A DNA stretch of 14,942 nucleotides, from contig CAZTOS010000035.1 in assembly GCA_964615185.1 (NCBI GenBank), positions 1-14,942 on the forward strand, given 5' to 3'. A model generated the notes under the pieces. That model searched no databases, was not told the DNA's origin, and worked only from the letters and a program-made list of their open reading frames with translations. Each line of letters opens with the position of its first letter. Within the stretch, counting starts at the first letter, position 1. This document shows positions 1 to 7,592 of the stretch, in pieces. The stretch comes from an uncultured Thermococci archaeon (GTDB taxonomy: Archaea > Methanobacteriota_B > Thermococci > Thermococcales > Thermococcaceae). A program made the translations under genes and the position numbers.

Positions 1-92
1 GAGCAAGATTTCCTCCTGAAAGTTCATAACAACCACCAATCAACCAAAAATTTAAGAACTTATAACCCTAACGACCCGATGGGAACTAGGGT
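1..92 (-). mobile_element. Left end of an IS982-family insertion sequence (continues beyond the window start), with the transposase N-terminus
   Basis: The minus strand from 36 reads (V/M)VVMNFQEEILL, which I recall as the N-terminus of Thermococcales IS982 transposases (MVVMNFQQEIL...). The minus strand from 92 begins ACCCTAGTTCCC, and IS982 terminal repeats start with ACCC. Only 12 codons are visible. Confidence 0.65.
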
Positions 93-101
93 AGGTATTT
101 A

Positions 102-153
102 TATTTTTGACATTATCTCAAAAATACATTTCAATTGAACCAAGCTTTATAAG
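102..153 (+). promoter_or_regulatory. Promoter of the flavin oxidoreductase gene, with upstream palindromes
   Basis: BRE/TATA-like AAGCTTTATAAG at 142-153. Perfect inverted repeat TATTTTTGA-N7-TCAAAAATA at 102-126 and palindrome TTCAATTGAA at 130-139. Confidence 0.55.
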
Positions 154-185
154 AAAGCATTGAGACACTATTTTAGGTGAGCCTA

Positions 186-2015
186 ATGAAAGAAGATTAC
201 CCTAAGCTATTCGAGCCGATAACCATAGGCAACGTTGAGCTCATGAACAGAGTAGTATTTGCGCCGATATCAACGAACTTTGCCCTGGAGAACGGAAGGC
301 TGACGGAGAGATTCGTCAAACACTACGAGAGACGCGCAAGGGGCGGCATAGGCTTGATAATAGTGGAGAACACATCCATAGATTTTCCAGAAGGAAAACA
401 CATGCCTTTCCAGCCAAGAATTGACTCAAAAGCCGTCCTCAAGGACTGGGAATGGCTGACGTTCGAGGTTCACAAGCACGAGGGAGTTAAACTCTCAATA
501 GAGCTCGCCCATGAGGGCTGGAAAAAGATAGGCGTGGACTATCTCTCGCCCGAAAAGATAGAGGAGCTGGTGGAGAAGTTTGCATACTCAGCGAGACTCG
601 CAATGGATGCGGGCTTCGACATGATTGAGATACAAGGTGCCCACGGACTGCTCGTTAACCAGTTTCTCTCCCCCTTAACCAACCACCGCGACGACAAGTG
701 GGGTGAACCGACGAGGTTCGCAGTGGAGGTGAGGAAGCGTATAGCGGAGAAATGCGGCTGGGATTTTCCGGTAACGATAAGGCTGGCCGTAGATGACTTC
801 CTTGAAGGGGGCATAACCCTAAGTACCGGACGGGAAATAGCTCTAACTCTTGCCAAGGCAGGTTACGACATGATACAGGCGGATATAGGCCTCGGGCCAA
901 AGGAGAAGCGTCTCGAGCCGATGCACTATCCCCAGGCCTGGCGTGCTTACCTGGCAGAAAAGATAAGACCTCTACCCGTTCCGGTGGCGGCGGTTGGTAT
1001 GATAAGAGAGCCTGCGGTCGCGGAGAAAGTCCTTGAGACCCAAGCAGACCTCGTTGTCCTCGGAAGGCCCCTGATAGCGGACCCCGATTGGGTAAAGAAG
1101 GTTGTGGAGGGAAAGGAGCATCTGATAAGGCGTTGCATAGGGTGCAGTGAGTGCATCAAGGCAGTCCACGACGAAAAGGGGCCGATAAGATGCGGTGTCA
1201 ATGCCAACGTAGGAAACGAGGAAGAAATCCCAAAGGCCCCGAGAAAACGCGTCGTGGCAATAATTGGAGCGGGGCCGGCGGGTCTTGAGGCCGCAAGGGT
1301 TGCGGCCATGAGGGGGCATGAGGTTCATTTATTCTATGAGGTCTTCGGCGGTCAGCTCACCCTGGCTATGGTTCCACCCGGAAAGGAGAAGATCGGCTGG
1401 CTCATCGAGTACTACCGCAACGTCCTATCCGAGATGCCCAACGTACACTTCCATGAAGGTGAGGCGAGGAAAGAAGATGTACTAAAGCTAAACCCAGAGG
1501 CGGTTGTCATAGCCACGGGGGCAAAGCCGTTCCTGCCCTGCAGCGGGAAACGCGGTTTGATAACGCCCTTCGATAAGATTCTACGTGGAGAGGTCAGGGT
1601 CGAGAACAAAGACGTCCTAATCGGTGGAGGAGGCCTTGTGGGGATTGAAACCGCCCTGTACCTTGCCCAGTTCAACAACAGGATTAAGATAATCAAGCGC
1701 AGTCCGGCAATCCTTCCAAACATTGAGAGGATAACGCGCGGATACCTCCTGCGAGAGCTTGAGGAGAAGGGAATACCCATCCTAACCGGCAGGCGCTTTG
1801 TGAGCGCCGGTGAAGGGTACGCAATAGTGGAGAACACCGAAACAGGTGAGAAGGAAATGATAAAGTGTGATGTAATCGTTGGAGCGTTTGGAATGAGGCC
1901 TTATGTACCGTTCATCATAGAGGACATCGAGTACTACATCATCGGCGACGCGAAATCGGTGAGAAACATAGCCAGCGCAGTAAGGGAAGGCTACGAGGTT
2001 GGAAGAAAGCTCTGA
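186..2015 (+). CDS. NADH:flavin oxidoreductase, Old Yellow Enzyme / 2,4-dienoyl-CoA reductase-like (FMN barrel, 4Fe-4S, FAD/NAD(P) domains)
   Basis: LFEPITIG..LMNRVVFAP start; AGFDMIEIQGAHG..NQFLSP.TN.R.D.WG; GRPLIADPDW; Fe-S motif CIGCSEC...RCGVN; Rossmann motifs IIGAGPAGLEAA and IGGGLVGIE; IGDA near the C-terminus. RBS AGGTGA at 175-180 favours ATG 186 over GTG 177. Confidence 0.93.
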   Translation: MKEDYPKLFEPITIGNVELMNRVVFAPISTNFALENGRLTERFVKHYERRARGGIGLIIVENTSIDFPEGKHMPFQPRIDSKAVLKDWEWLTFEVHKHEGVKLSIELAHEGWKKIGVDYLSPEKIEELVEKFAYSARLAMDAGFDMIEIQGAHGLLVNQFLSPLTNHRDDKWGEPTRFAVEVRKRIAEKCGWDFPVTIRLAVDDFLEGGITLSTGREIALTLAKAGYDMIQADIGLGPKEKRLEPMHYPQAWRAYLAEKIRPLPVPVAAVGMIREPAVAEKVLETQADLVVLGRPLIADPDWVKKVVEGKEHLIRRCIGCSECIKAVHDEKGPIRCGVNANVGNEEEIPKAPRKRVVAIIGAGPAGLEAARVAAMRGHEVHLFYEVFGGQLTLAMVPPGKEKIGWLIEYYRNVLSEMPNVHFHEGEARKEDVLKLNPEAVVIATGAKPFLPCSGKRGLITPFDKILRGEVRVENKDVLIGGGGLVGIETALYLAQFNNRIKIIKRSPAILPNIERITRGYLLRELEEKGIPILTGRRFVSAGEGYAIVENTETGEKEMIKCDVIVGAFGMRPYVPFIIEDIEYYIIGDAKSVRNIASAVREGYEVGRKL

Positions 2016-2202
2016 GGATGTAGATATGAAATCGCATATGGAAATCCCTTTACTCTCTTCTTTCTCTTTTTGTTCTTCATGGCAAAGGAACAGGAAAGCT
2101 TGAGCTGCTCGGTGAGGCAGAGCTCTAAAAAGGCGTCGCCTATGAGATACAACTCCTTCGTGTTTCATTTCGCTTTGAAAACCTGAAGCCACTTCTTGCA
2201 TA

Positions 2203-2754
2203 TTAGATCAGGTCATATTTTTTAAACTCAGAGGTAAGCTCCTCAACGGCCCTCTTGATGTCCTCCTCCGTTCTGGCCCCAGAAACTACTACCTTCCCGC
2301 TGTTGAATATAAGGACTGTCATCCTGGAGTTTTTGACCCTGTAGATCACACCAGGAAAGATTTCAGGCTCGTACTCCACGTTTGGGAGAGTTAGTGCAAC
2401 GATGTCAAGGTCGAGCGTCCCAAACCCCAAGTCGCCGGCAGCCACGATGTTCTGAACCTGTATCTCAGGCTCTCCCTTGAACTTCATACCCATAGCTTCA
2501 AGCGTCCGTTTGAGCTTTTCGGTGGCCTTCTTAATCGTTTCAACGCTCTTTGCTCCTGTGCAGACGAGCTTCCCGGAGTAGAATATCAAAAACGTCACAC
2601 CAAGGGACTCCATCTTGTAAACGGCTCCCGGGAACACTGAGGGGTTATAGTGCACGGAGTCCAGTTCACTTGCCACTCTCTCAACATCTATCTCACCGTG
2701 TAAGTCAATGGAAGCCACCACGTTTTCAACCTTAAGGGACATTTCCTCCACCAT
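2203..2754 (-). CDS. tbp: TATA-box-binding protein, divergent paralogue
   Basis: Two TBP repeats: ENVVAS...YNPSVFPGAVY...LIFYSGKLVCTGAKS and QNIVAA...YEPEIFPGVIY...LIFNSGKVVVSGART. All four intercalating Phe are retained. Confidence 0.95.
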   Translation of the reverse strand: MVEEMSLKVENVVASIDLHGEIDVERVASELDSVHYNPSVFPGAVYKMESLGVTFLIFYSGKLVCTGAKSVETIKKATEKLKRTLEAMGMKFKGEPEIQVQNIVAAGDLGFGTLDLDIVALTLPNVEYEPEIFPGVIYRVKNSRMTVLIFNSGKVVVSGARTEEDIKRAVEELTSEFKKYDLI

Positions 2755-2773
2755 ATTAAACTTCGCAATGAAA

Positions 2774-2786
2774 CCTTAACTTTAAC
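2774..2786 (-). promoter_or_regulatory. Possible BRE/TATA for a leaderless tbp transcript
   Basis: Minus-strand TTAAAGTTAAGG lies about 20-30 nt upstream of ATG 2754, and there is no RBS. The match to consensus is weak. Confidence 0.35.
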
Positions 2787-2804
2787 GGAAGCTCACCTGC
2801 TATT

Positions 2805-3301
2805 TTAGTTTACGCTCATGTATGTATTCTGGTTGATGTTGGTTCTGAAGGTCGCCCTAACGCTAAAAAGTCCAAATAATCCCGCAACTACCTGAAACTG
2901 ACACCACGATACTTCCCCAGAAAACTGTGCCCCTTTTCACGAGTGTTAACATGAACCTCGCCACGTGCAAACTCTCTCCCAGAATGATTAACCCGCTCGT
3001 GAGAAATGATAATACTCCCCAATCCCTCCTTCAGAGAATTATAAATGGAGTACTCGTCAGTGAAAACCTTTAGTCCCCCCACAATCAAATTCCCAACCCG
3101 CTGCCTGAACTTCTGAGGAGGTTCTCTGGTGCTTTTATGTGGCATTGACCACTTTACTGCCACAATATAGGGCAGGTTACTCCTCCTGGCCAGCATGTTT
3201 GCCTGATTATTCTGTAGCATCCTTCGGGGCCAGACAGGATTTTAGTGGCGATTCTAGCAGTTAATCTTAATAGATTGTACATCACAGGTGGCGGGAACTA
3301 A
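2805..3301 (-). mobile_element. Decayed, internally deleted IS1595-family element (transposase pseudogene ~3282 to ~2855)
   Basis: From ATG 3282: MYNLLRLTARIATKILSGPEGCYRIIRQTCWPGGVTCP, then a frameshift to YCGSK (Zn-ribbon N-terminus). This joins VFTDEYSIYNSL...HERVNHS..EFARGEVHVNT.E...YRGVSFR*LRDYLDFLAL (ISXO2/IS1595 C-terminal half with an in-frame stop). Imperfect inverted ends TTAGTTTACGCTCATGTATGTA / TTAGTTCCCGCCACCTGTGATGTA. Confidence 0.85.
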
Positions 3302-3302
3302 G

Positions 3303-3316
3303 GTAAAATTTATATA
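3303..3316 (+). promoter_or_regulatory. BRE/TATA promoter of the metal ABC importer operon
   Basis: GTAAAATTTATATA, about 33 nt upstream of ATG 3349. Confidence 0.6.
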
Positions 3317-3348
3317 TCAGTATTACATTTTTTTGTCTGGGTGTTACC

Positions 3349-4287
3349 ATGAAAGTAAAAATAGTCTTCGGCATAATACTGGTGGCCCTAGTTCTCATGA
3401 GCCAAAATGTAGCATTGGCCTCCTCTAATGATGAGAAACCTCTAGTAGTTGTGTCTACAACTGTTTTAGAGAGTATAGTCAAGGACTTGGCCGGAGATAA
3501 AGTTGACGTTTTAGTTCTAGTTAGTCCAGCTGTATGTCCAGGACATTATGATGTAAGACCAAGTGATGTTTGGGCAGTAAGTAATGCAAAATTAATTCTT
3601 TACCATGGATTTGAGCCCTGGGTAGAAAAACTGGTTAAGGCTTCAAAGTCTAAAGCTGATGTTGTTAAAGTTCCTGGACCTTGGAACACTCCAGATGCCC
3701 TCAAGGAGAGATACAGGGATGTAGCTAAGATTTTAGAAGAAAAGCTTGGTATTTCAGTTCAAGAAAGACTTAGTGAAAAATTGAATGAAATCAACGAAGT
3801 TTCCAATGAACTTAAAGCTAAGGCAGAGGCCTACAATTTTAATGAGGTAAATGTAATTGTCATGGAATGGCAAAAGTCTTTTGTTGAATGGCTTGGTTTT
3901 AATATTGTTGCTACTTATCCCTCTCCAGAAAAGCTTTCTACCAAGGATATTGTTGAATTGGAGAAAAAAGCAAGGGAAGAAAATGTTCTTTTAGTGATAG
4001 ATAATCTTCAAAGCGGAGTTTCCTTTGGACAAAATTTGGCATCTCGCATTGGAGCAGTTCATGTTACATTGACTAACTTTCCTGGAAATGCCCCTAATGT
4101 CAACACAGTATTGGATGTTATGAAATATAATACAGAAAACCTAATCATTGCAGTAAAAACCGCAAAAGAGATACAAGAAAAGAATGCGCTTAAAGAAAAG
4201 CTTTCAACTTACAAGACTCTCGCAATCGTTGGAATATCCTTAGTGATTATTGAGGCTTTAGTGATAATCTTTATTAGGAGGAGATGA
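3349..4287 (+). CDS. Metal ABC transporter substrate-binding protein (ZnuA/TroA-like), with signal peptide and C-terminal membrane anchor
   Basis: Signal peptide; VVVSTTVLESIVKDLAGDKVDV..LV.P..CPGHYDVRPSD....AKLILYHGFEPW is the cluster A-I N-terminus; hydrophobic C-terminal helix followed by RRR. Confidence 0.88.
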   Translation: MKVKIVFGIILVALVLMSQNVALASSNDEKPLVVVSTTVLESIVKDLAGDKVDVLVLVSPAVCPGHYDVRPSDVWAVSNAKLILYHGFEPWVEKLVKASKSKADVVKVPGPWNTPDALKERYRDVAKILEEKLGISVQERLSEKLNEINEVSNELKAKAEAYNFNEVNVIVMEWQKSFVEWLGFNIVATYPSPEKLSTKDIVELEKKAREENVLLVIDNLQSGVSFGQNLASRIGAVHVTLTNFPGNAPNVNTVLDVMKYNTENLIIAVKTAKEIQEKNALKEKLSTYKTLAIVGISLVIIEALVIIFIRRR

Positions 4288-4691
4288 GAGAGATGCTCTC
4301 TTTGAAAGATGCTGGGACTTTTCATGGGCATCTTGGCCCTTATTTAACAATAGGCTACATGGCTGGAGTATTTGCATCAGAAAAGTTAGAGCAAAAGACT
4401 GAATTTGACCTAGAAGCATGGGTGATGGTGCCAGGAAAAACCCCATACACTTGCATAGTTGATGGAGTTCAGTGCTCCTCTAAGTGTACCCTTGGGAAGG
4501 GGAACATTCATGTAATAGACAGTCCAAAATTCGAAATCAAGTTCAAAAACAAGAAAACAGGTAAAGAGATCAGATTAAGGATAAAAAGAGAAGTTCTTGA
4601 AACAATAGATGAATATGGAGAGGATATGGAGGGAGCAGTGAAGTGGATAAGGTCAAAAGCTTTGCAGGAGATATTCGAGATAGTAGAATAG
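4284..4691 (+). CDS. FmdE/FwdE-family protein
   Basis: FHGHLGPYLTIGY and TCIVDGVQCSSKCTLGKGN motifs. ATGA overlap with the upstream stop; alternative start at ATG 4293. Confidence 0.88.
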   Translation: MREMLSLKDAGTFHGHLGPYLTIGYMAGVFASEKLEQKTEFDLEAWVMVPGKTPYTCIVDGVQCSSKCTLGKGNIHVIDSPKFEIKFKNKKTGKEIRLRIKREVLETIDEYGEDMEGAVKWIRSKALQEIFEIVE

Positions 4692-5359
4692 CCCTCTACA
4701 TGGAAAATGTTTCAACCCTTTATGCAGGAGAGAAAAAGCCCTCCATCTTTAATATTTCTCTAAAAGTCAGATATGGCGATTTTTTGCTCCTAACTGGTCC
4801 GAACGGTGCTGGAAAAACAACGCTAATTGAGACAGCATTGGGATTATTGAAAATCATTTCTGGAAGAGTCCTCTTGTTTGGTTATCATATTCCAGGAGAA
4901 AAGTATAAAGCATTACATTTTGTAAGTTATGTTCCTCAAGACTTCATGAAAAGCCCCTTGGAACCTTACACTGTAAAGGATGTTGTTGCAATGGGCCTTG
5001 CATCGAGAAAGGAGCCTTTTGAGAAATTGAGCAGGGAAGAAAGGAAAAAAGTGAAAGAAGTCCTTGACATTGTCGGAGTAGGTGAGCTTATCAATAAACC
5101 AATAGGGAAACTAAGCGGTGGACAACAACAAAGAGTAATAATTGCGAGGGCTCTGGTAAGAGATCCTTTGCTCTTATTTTTAGATGAACCATTCAGCAGT
5201 TTAGATCCTGAAGGAAGAGAATACATGAGTAAACTCTTTTCTGAAATCAACAAACATGGAACCACAATAGTAATGGTTTCTCACGACAAGAATTACATTC
5301 CTCATAGATGCAACAGGATAGTGGAGATGATGAATGGGAAGATTATGAGGGAGAGTTAG
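4643..5359 (+). CDS. Metal ABC transporter ATP-binding protein (ZnuC-like)
   Basis: Walker A GPNGAGKTT, YVPQ Q-loop, LSGGQQQRV signature, LLFLDEPF Walker B, SHD. Start is GTG 4643 (GGAGG upstream) or ATG 4700. Confidence 0.92.
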   Translation: MDKVKSFAGDIRDSRIALYMENVSTLYAGEKKPSIFNISLKVRYGDFLLLTGPNGAGKTTLIETALGLLKIISGRVLLFGYHIPGEKYKALHFVSYVPQDFMKSPLEPYTVKDVVAMGLASRKEPFEKLSREERKKVKEVLDIVGVGELINKPIGKLSGGQQQRVIIARALVRDPLLLFLDEPFSSLDPEGREYMSKLFSEINKHGTTIVMVSHDKNYIPHRCNRIVEMMNGKIMRES

Positions 5360-6148
5360 ATGTATGGAATTATAATACAAGCGATAATAGGAGGTACAAT
5401 AGCTGGGATTCTCTGCGGTGTCTTGGGAATTCTAATGACAAGATTAAAGCTCAATACTATTGTATTCTCAAGTGCACACTCCGCCTTGGCTGGTGCTGCT
5501 CTCTCCTTAATAATTCCACTTGATCAAATTATTTTAAGTACAGGATTTGTGCTTTTTACAGCCTTAATTTTAGGCCCTCTCAGTGATGCTCTTCTTTTAC
5601 CTCTTGATCAAATTTCAATGGTGCTTCTATCAATATACACGGCACTGGCGTTGATATTTGTATACCTTGCCCCCGGAGGAGTTACTTCCTCTGAAGTTCT
5701 AGCCAAAGTCTTTTGGGGGAGTGTTTTTGCTGTAAATATTCAATATGTTATCCTTCTTTTTGGACTTCTTGCCGTTTTGCTTTTATACCTCTCCTTCTCC
5801 TGGACAAAGTTAAAGGCAATACTCTACGATAGAAGGCTGGCTGAAGCTGAGGGAATAAATACAAAACCCTATGTTTATTCGCTAATCTTACTAACTGGAA
5901 TTACAATAGTTTTTGTTTTAAAAATCGTGGGAGGACTATTAGTTTATGCTATTCTCTTCAATCCAGCAACTGCGGCATCAAAGCTGGCACATAACATAGA
6001 GAAAAGGATAGTACTTTCAGCGCTCTTTGGAGTGCTTTCAGTGCTCTTAGGAATTCTACTAAGTTTATGCTTTAATCTTCCAGTTGGAGCGTGTATAGCA
6101 TTGGCTTCAGCCATAGTTATGTTGATAGCTAGAATATTACCAAGATAA
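5360..6148 (+). CDS. Metal ABC transporter permease (ZnuB/ABC-3 family)
   Basis: Multi-TM protein with SAHSALAGAAL, FWGSVFAV, YDRRLAEAEGIN, KIVGGLLV..L..PATAA and NLPVGACIAL motifs. Confidence 0.92.
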   Translation: MYGIIIQAIIGGTIAGILCGVLGILMTRLKLNTIVFSSAHSALAGAALSLIIPLDQIILSTGFVLFTALILGPLSDALLLPLDQISMVLLSIYTALALIFVYLAPGGVTSSEVLAKVFWGSVFAVNIQYVILLFGLLAVLLLYLSFSWTKLKAILYDRRLAEAEGINTKPYVYSLILLTGITIVFVLKIVGGLLVYAILFNPATAASKLAHNIEKRIVLSALFGVLSVLLGILLSLCFNLPVGACIALASAIVMLIARILPR

Positions 6149-6350
6149 GCTGAAACAGTCCAGAAAAGGCCTTAAATTTCGTACTTTGAAAATCCGTCGG
6201 AGTTCACGTTCTTAGATACCGTTAGGGTTGCAGTATCCCCCAATGCACGCAGACGAGAAACAACAAGAACCGCTATCAGGATCACATTTACATTTTTCTT
6301 TTGAAAGCCTTGGGGCGGGGATGCAGTGATTCTAAAATTGGCATTCAAGC

Positions 6351-6365
6351 AGAAACCCTTTTAAA
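6351..6365 (+). promoter_or_regulatory. BRE/TATA promoter upstream of the structured RNA and the CruF-like gene
   Basis: AGAAACCCTTTTAAA, about 20 nt before the first hairpin. Confidence 0.6.
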
Positions 6366-6383
6366 TTTTGCCGGTGTAATAAG

Positions 6384-6540
6384 GCCTCGAAGAGGCACCG
6401 TCAGAACCCTCAAGGGGGTTTCATGCTATCCTCCGCTCTCGGAGGGTTGACGCTGTAAAGCATCCTTTCAAAACCGCCTTTAAGTGGTTAAAACTCTTGG
6501 AGTGGTCTCTGGGCGGGGTGCATATGAATGAATCAATCAC
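6384..6540 (+). ncRNA. Putative structured non-coding RNA (TnpB omega-RNA/sotRNA-like scaffold)
   Basis: Stems: GCCTC/GAGGC (6384-6396). CGTCA/TGACG (6399-6403 / 6448-6452) encloses AACCCT/GGGGTT (6405-6420) and ATCCTCCG/CGGAGGGT (6428-6447). GCATCCT/GGGGTGC (6460-6466 / 6515-6521) encloses AACCGC/GTGGTT (6472-6489) and ACTC/GAGT (6493-6503). Confidence 0.5.
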
Positions 6541-6563
6541 GCAATGGTAGCCAGGTAGTTGAC

Positions 6564-7289
6564 ATGGCTATCATCACGCCGCTAATAGTAGCGCACGTGG
6601 CGGTGTTCCTGCTGTCCCCCAGTCTTACCACAGAAATCATCTATATGCTTGGCTACGTCGCTTCACTTGCGATAGCGTCGAGATATAGAGAGTATAGGCA
6701 TGTACTCATAATACCCGTTGCTGGCTTCGCCATAGGTTTAGCGTCAGAGGTGGCTGGAGTTAATGCTGGAATCCCCTTCGGTAGGTACGAGTATGTCTCG
6801 CTGGTAACTCCACGAGTCCTTGGTGTACCTCTTTCAGTCCCACTCATGTGGGGCTTCTACGCCTACCTAACGTACCTCATAGCGTCCTCCATCATAACAC
6901 GTAAGGACACTGCGGGGGTCATCCTAAGGGTTACATACGCCTCCCTCCTCATGGTCGCCTTAGACTTGGCAATGGATCCCTTCATGGTCAGCAAAATACA
7001 TGCATGGGTCTGGTTAGGCGGGTGGGGGCCTGCATGGTTCGGTATTCCAGCAAGCAACTTCGTTGGGTGGTTCATAGTGTCGTTCGCAATACTCCTCACC
7101 CATGAGGTTATGGCGAGGAACTCATCAACACCTAAAACAATAGCACTCGCAATCCCCTATGCATGCCTCCTAATGTACTTTGCCTCCTTCATAGGTCCCG
7201 AACTAGCGGCTCCAATAGCCGCACTACTCGTAACCCTGTTAACGGTGCCTGTAATAATAAAAAACCTGGTGACGTTACGCAATGATTGA
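6564..7289 (+). CDS. CruF/DUF422-like membrane protein (carotenoid biosynthesis / 1,2-hydratase family)
   Basis: SEVAGVNAGIPFGRYEY, GVPLSVPLMW, LDLAMDP...AWVW and WFGIPASNFVGWF are the family motifs. ATG 6564 is preferred; ATG 6528 lies inside the IS-derived segment. Confidence 0.85.
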   Translation: MAIITPLIVAHVAVFLLSPSLTTEIIYMLGYVASLAIASRYREYRHVLIIPVAGFAIGLASEVAGVNAGIPFGRYEYVSLVTPRVLGVPLSVPLMWGFYAYLTYLIASSIITRKDTAGVILRVTYASLLMVALDLAMDPFMVSKIHAWVWLGGWGPAWFGIPASNFVGWFIVSFAILLTHEVMARNSSTPKTIALAIPYACLLMYFASFIGPELAAPIAALLVTLLTVPVIIKNLVTLRND

Positions 7290-7592
7290 AGTGGTCTTTA
7301 GGGAGCTCACAAACCAAATGAATTATTCTTTATTTCTGGAAGTTTTACGCGTGAGATTAAAAAGGTTGGAGATTCTTGAGCTTTATCACAGCTCTTTTTG
7401 AGAGGGCTAACAATCCTGCCAAGAAAATAAGGCCTTCCAAAACTGTCCATCTCTCATAAAAGATAGCTTGAAGTGGAGGAATTCAGGTAAAACAGTTTGG
7501 GCGATAACCTCATTTATAATACCCAGTCATGATAAACACTCAGGGAAGAAAACTTAAATCCCTTCAGTTGTAAGATGACCCTTTAGTTATAG

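Larger units (their letters stand above)
6292..6540 (+). mobile_element. Non-autonomous IS200/IS605-derived element: left end, promoter and structured RNA, no ORF
   Basis: TTTAC at 6287-6291 is followed by ATTTTTCTTTTGAAAGCCTTGGGGCGGGGATGCAGTGA. AAAG sits at the foot of a partly deleted GC hairpin, matching the TTAC/AAAG target-guide pair known from IS608. The right boundary is uncertain. Confidence 0.55.

Noticed and set aside
539..1837. Several minus-strand ORFs inside the oxidoreductase gene
   Set aside because: Antisense shadows of a well-supported CDS, with no motifs.
1782..2201. 139-aa minus-strand ORF right after tbp
   Set aside because: It overlaps the oxidoreductase 3' end by more than 200 nt and has no recognisable domain or RBS. 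A small remnant in 2016-2200 cannot be excluded.
2888..3220. 110-aa ORF as an intact gene
   Set aside because: It is a chimera of out-of-frame N-terminal and in-frame C-terminal IS1595 transposase sequence, so it is treated as a pseudogene.
6384..6521. tRNA, CRISPR array or known riboswitch as the explanation for the folded region
   Set aside because: No cloverleaf or TTC-loop pattern, no repeat-spacer periodicity anywhere in the window, and no TPP or fluoride riboswitch consensus recognised.
7290..7592. Intergenic stretch with a short hydrophobic minus-strand frame (...WTVLEGLIFLAGLLALSK...)
   Set aside because: No start codon or RBS and no confident family match; possibly gene debris.
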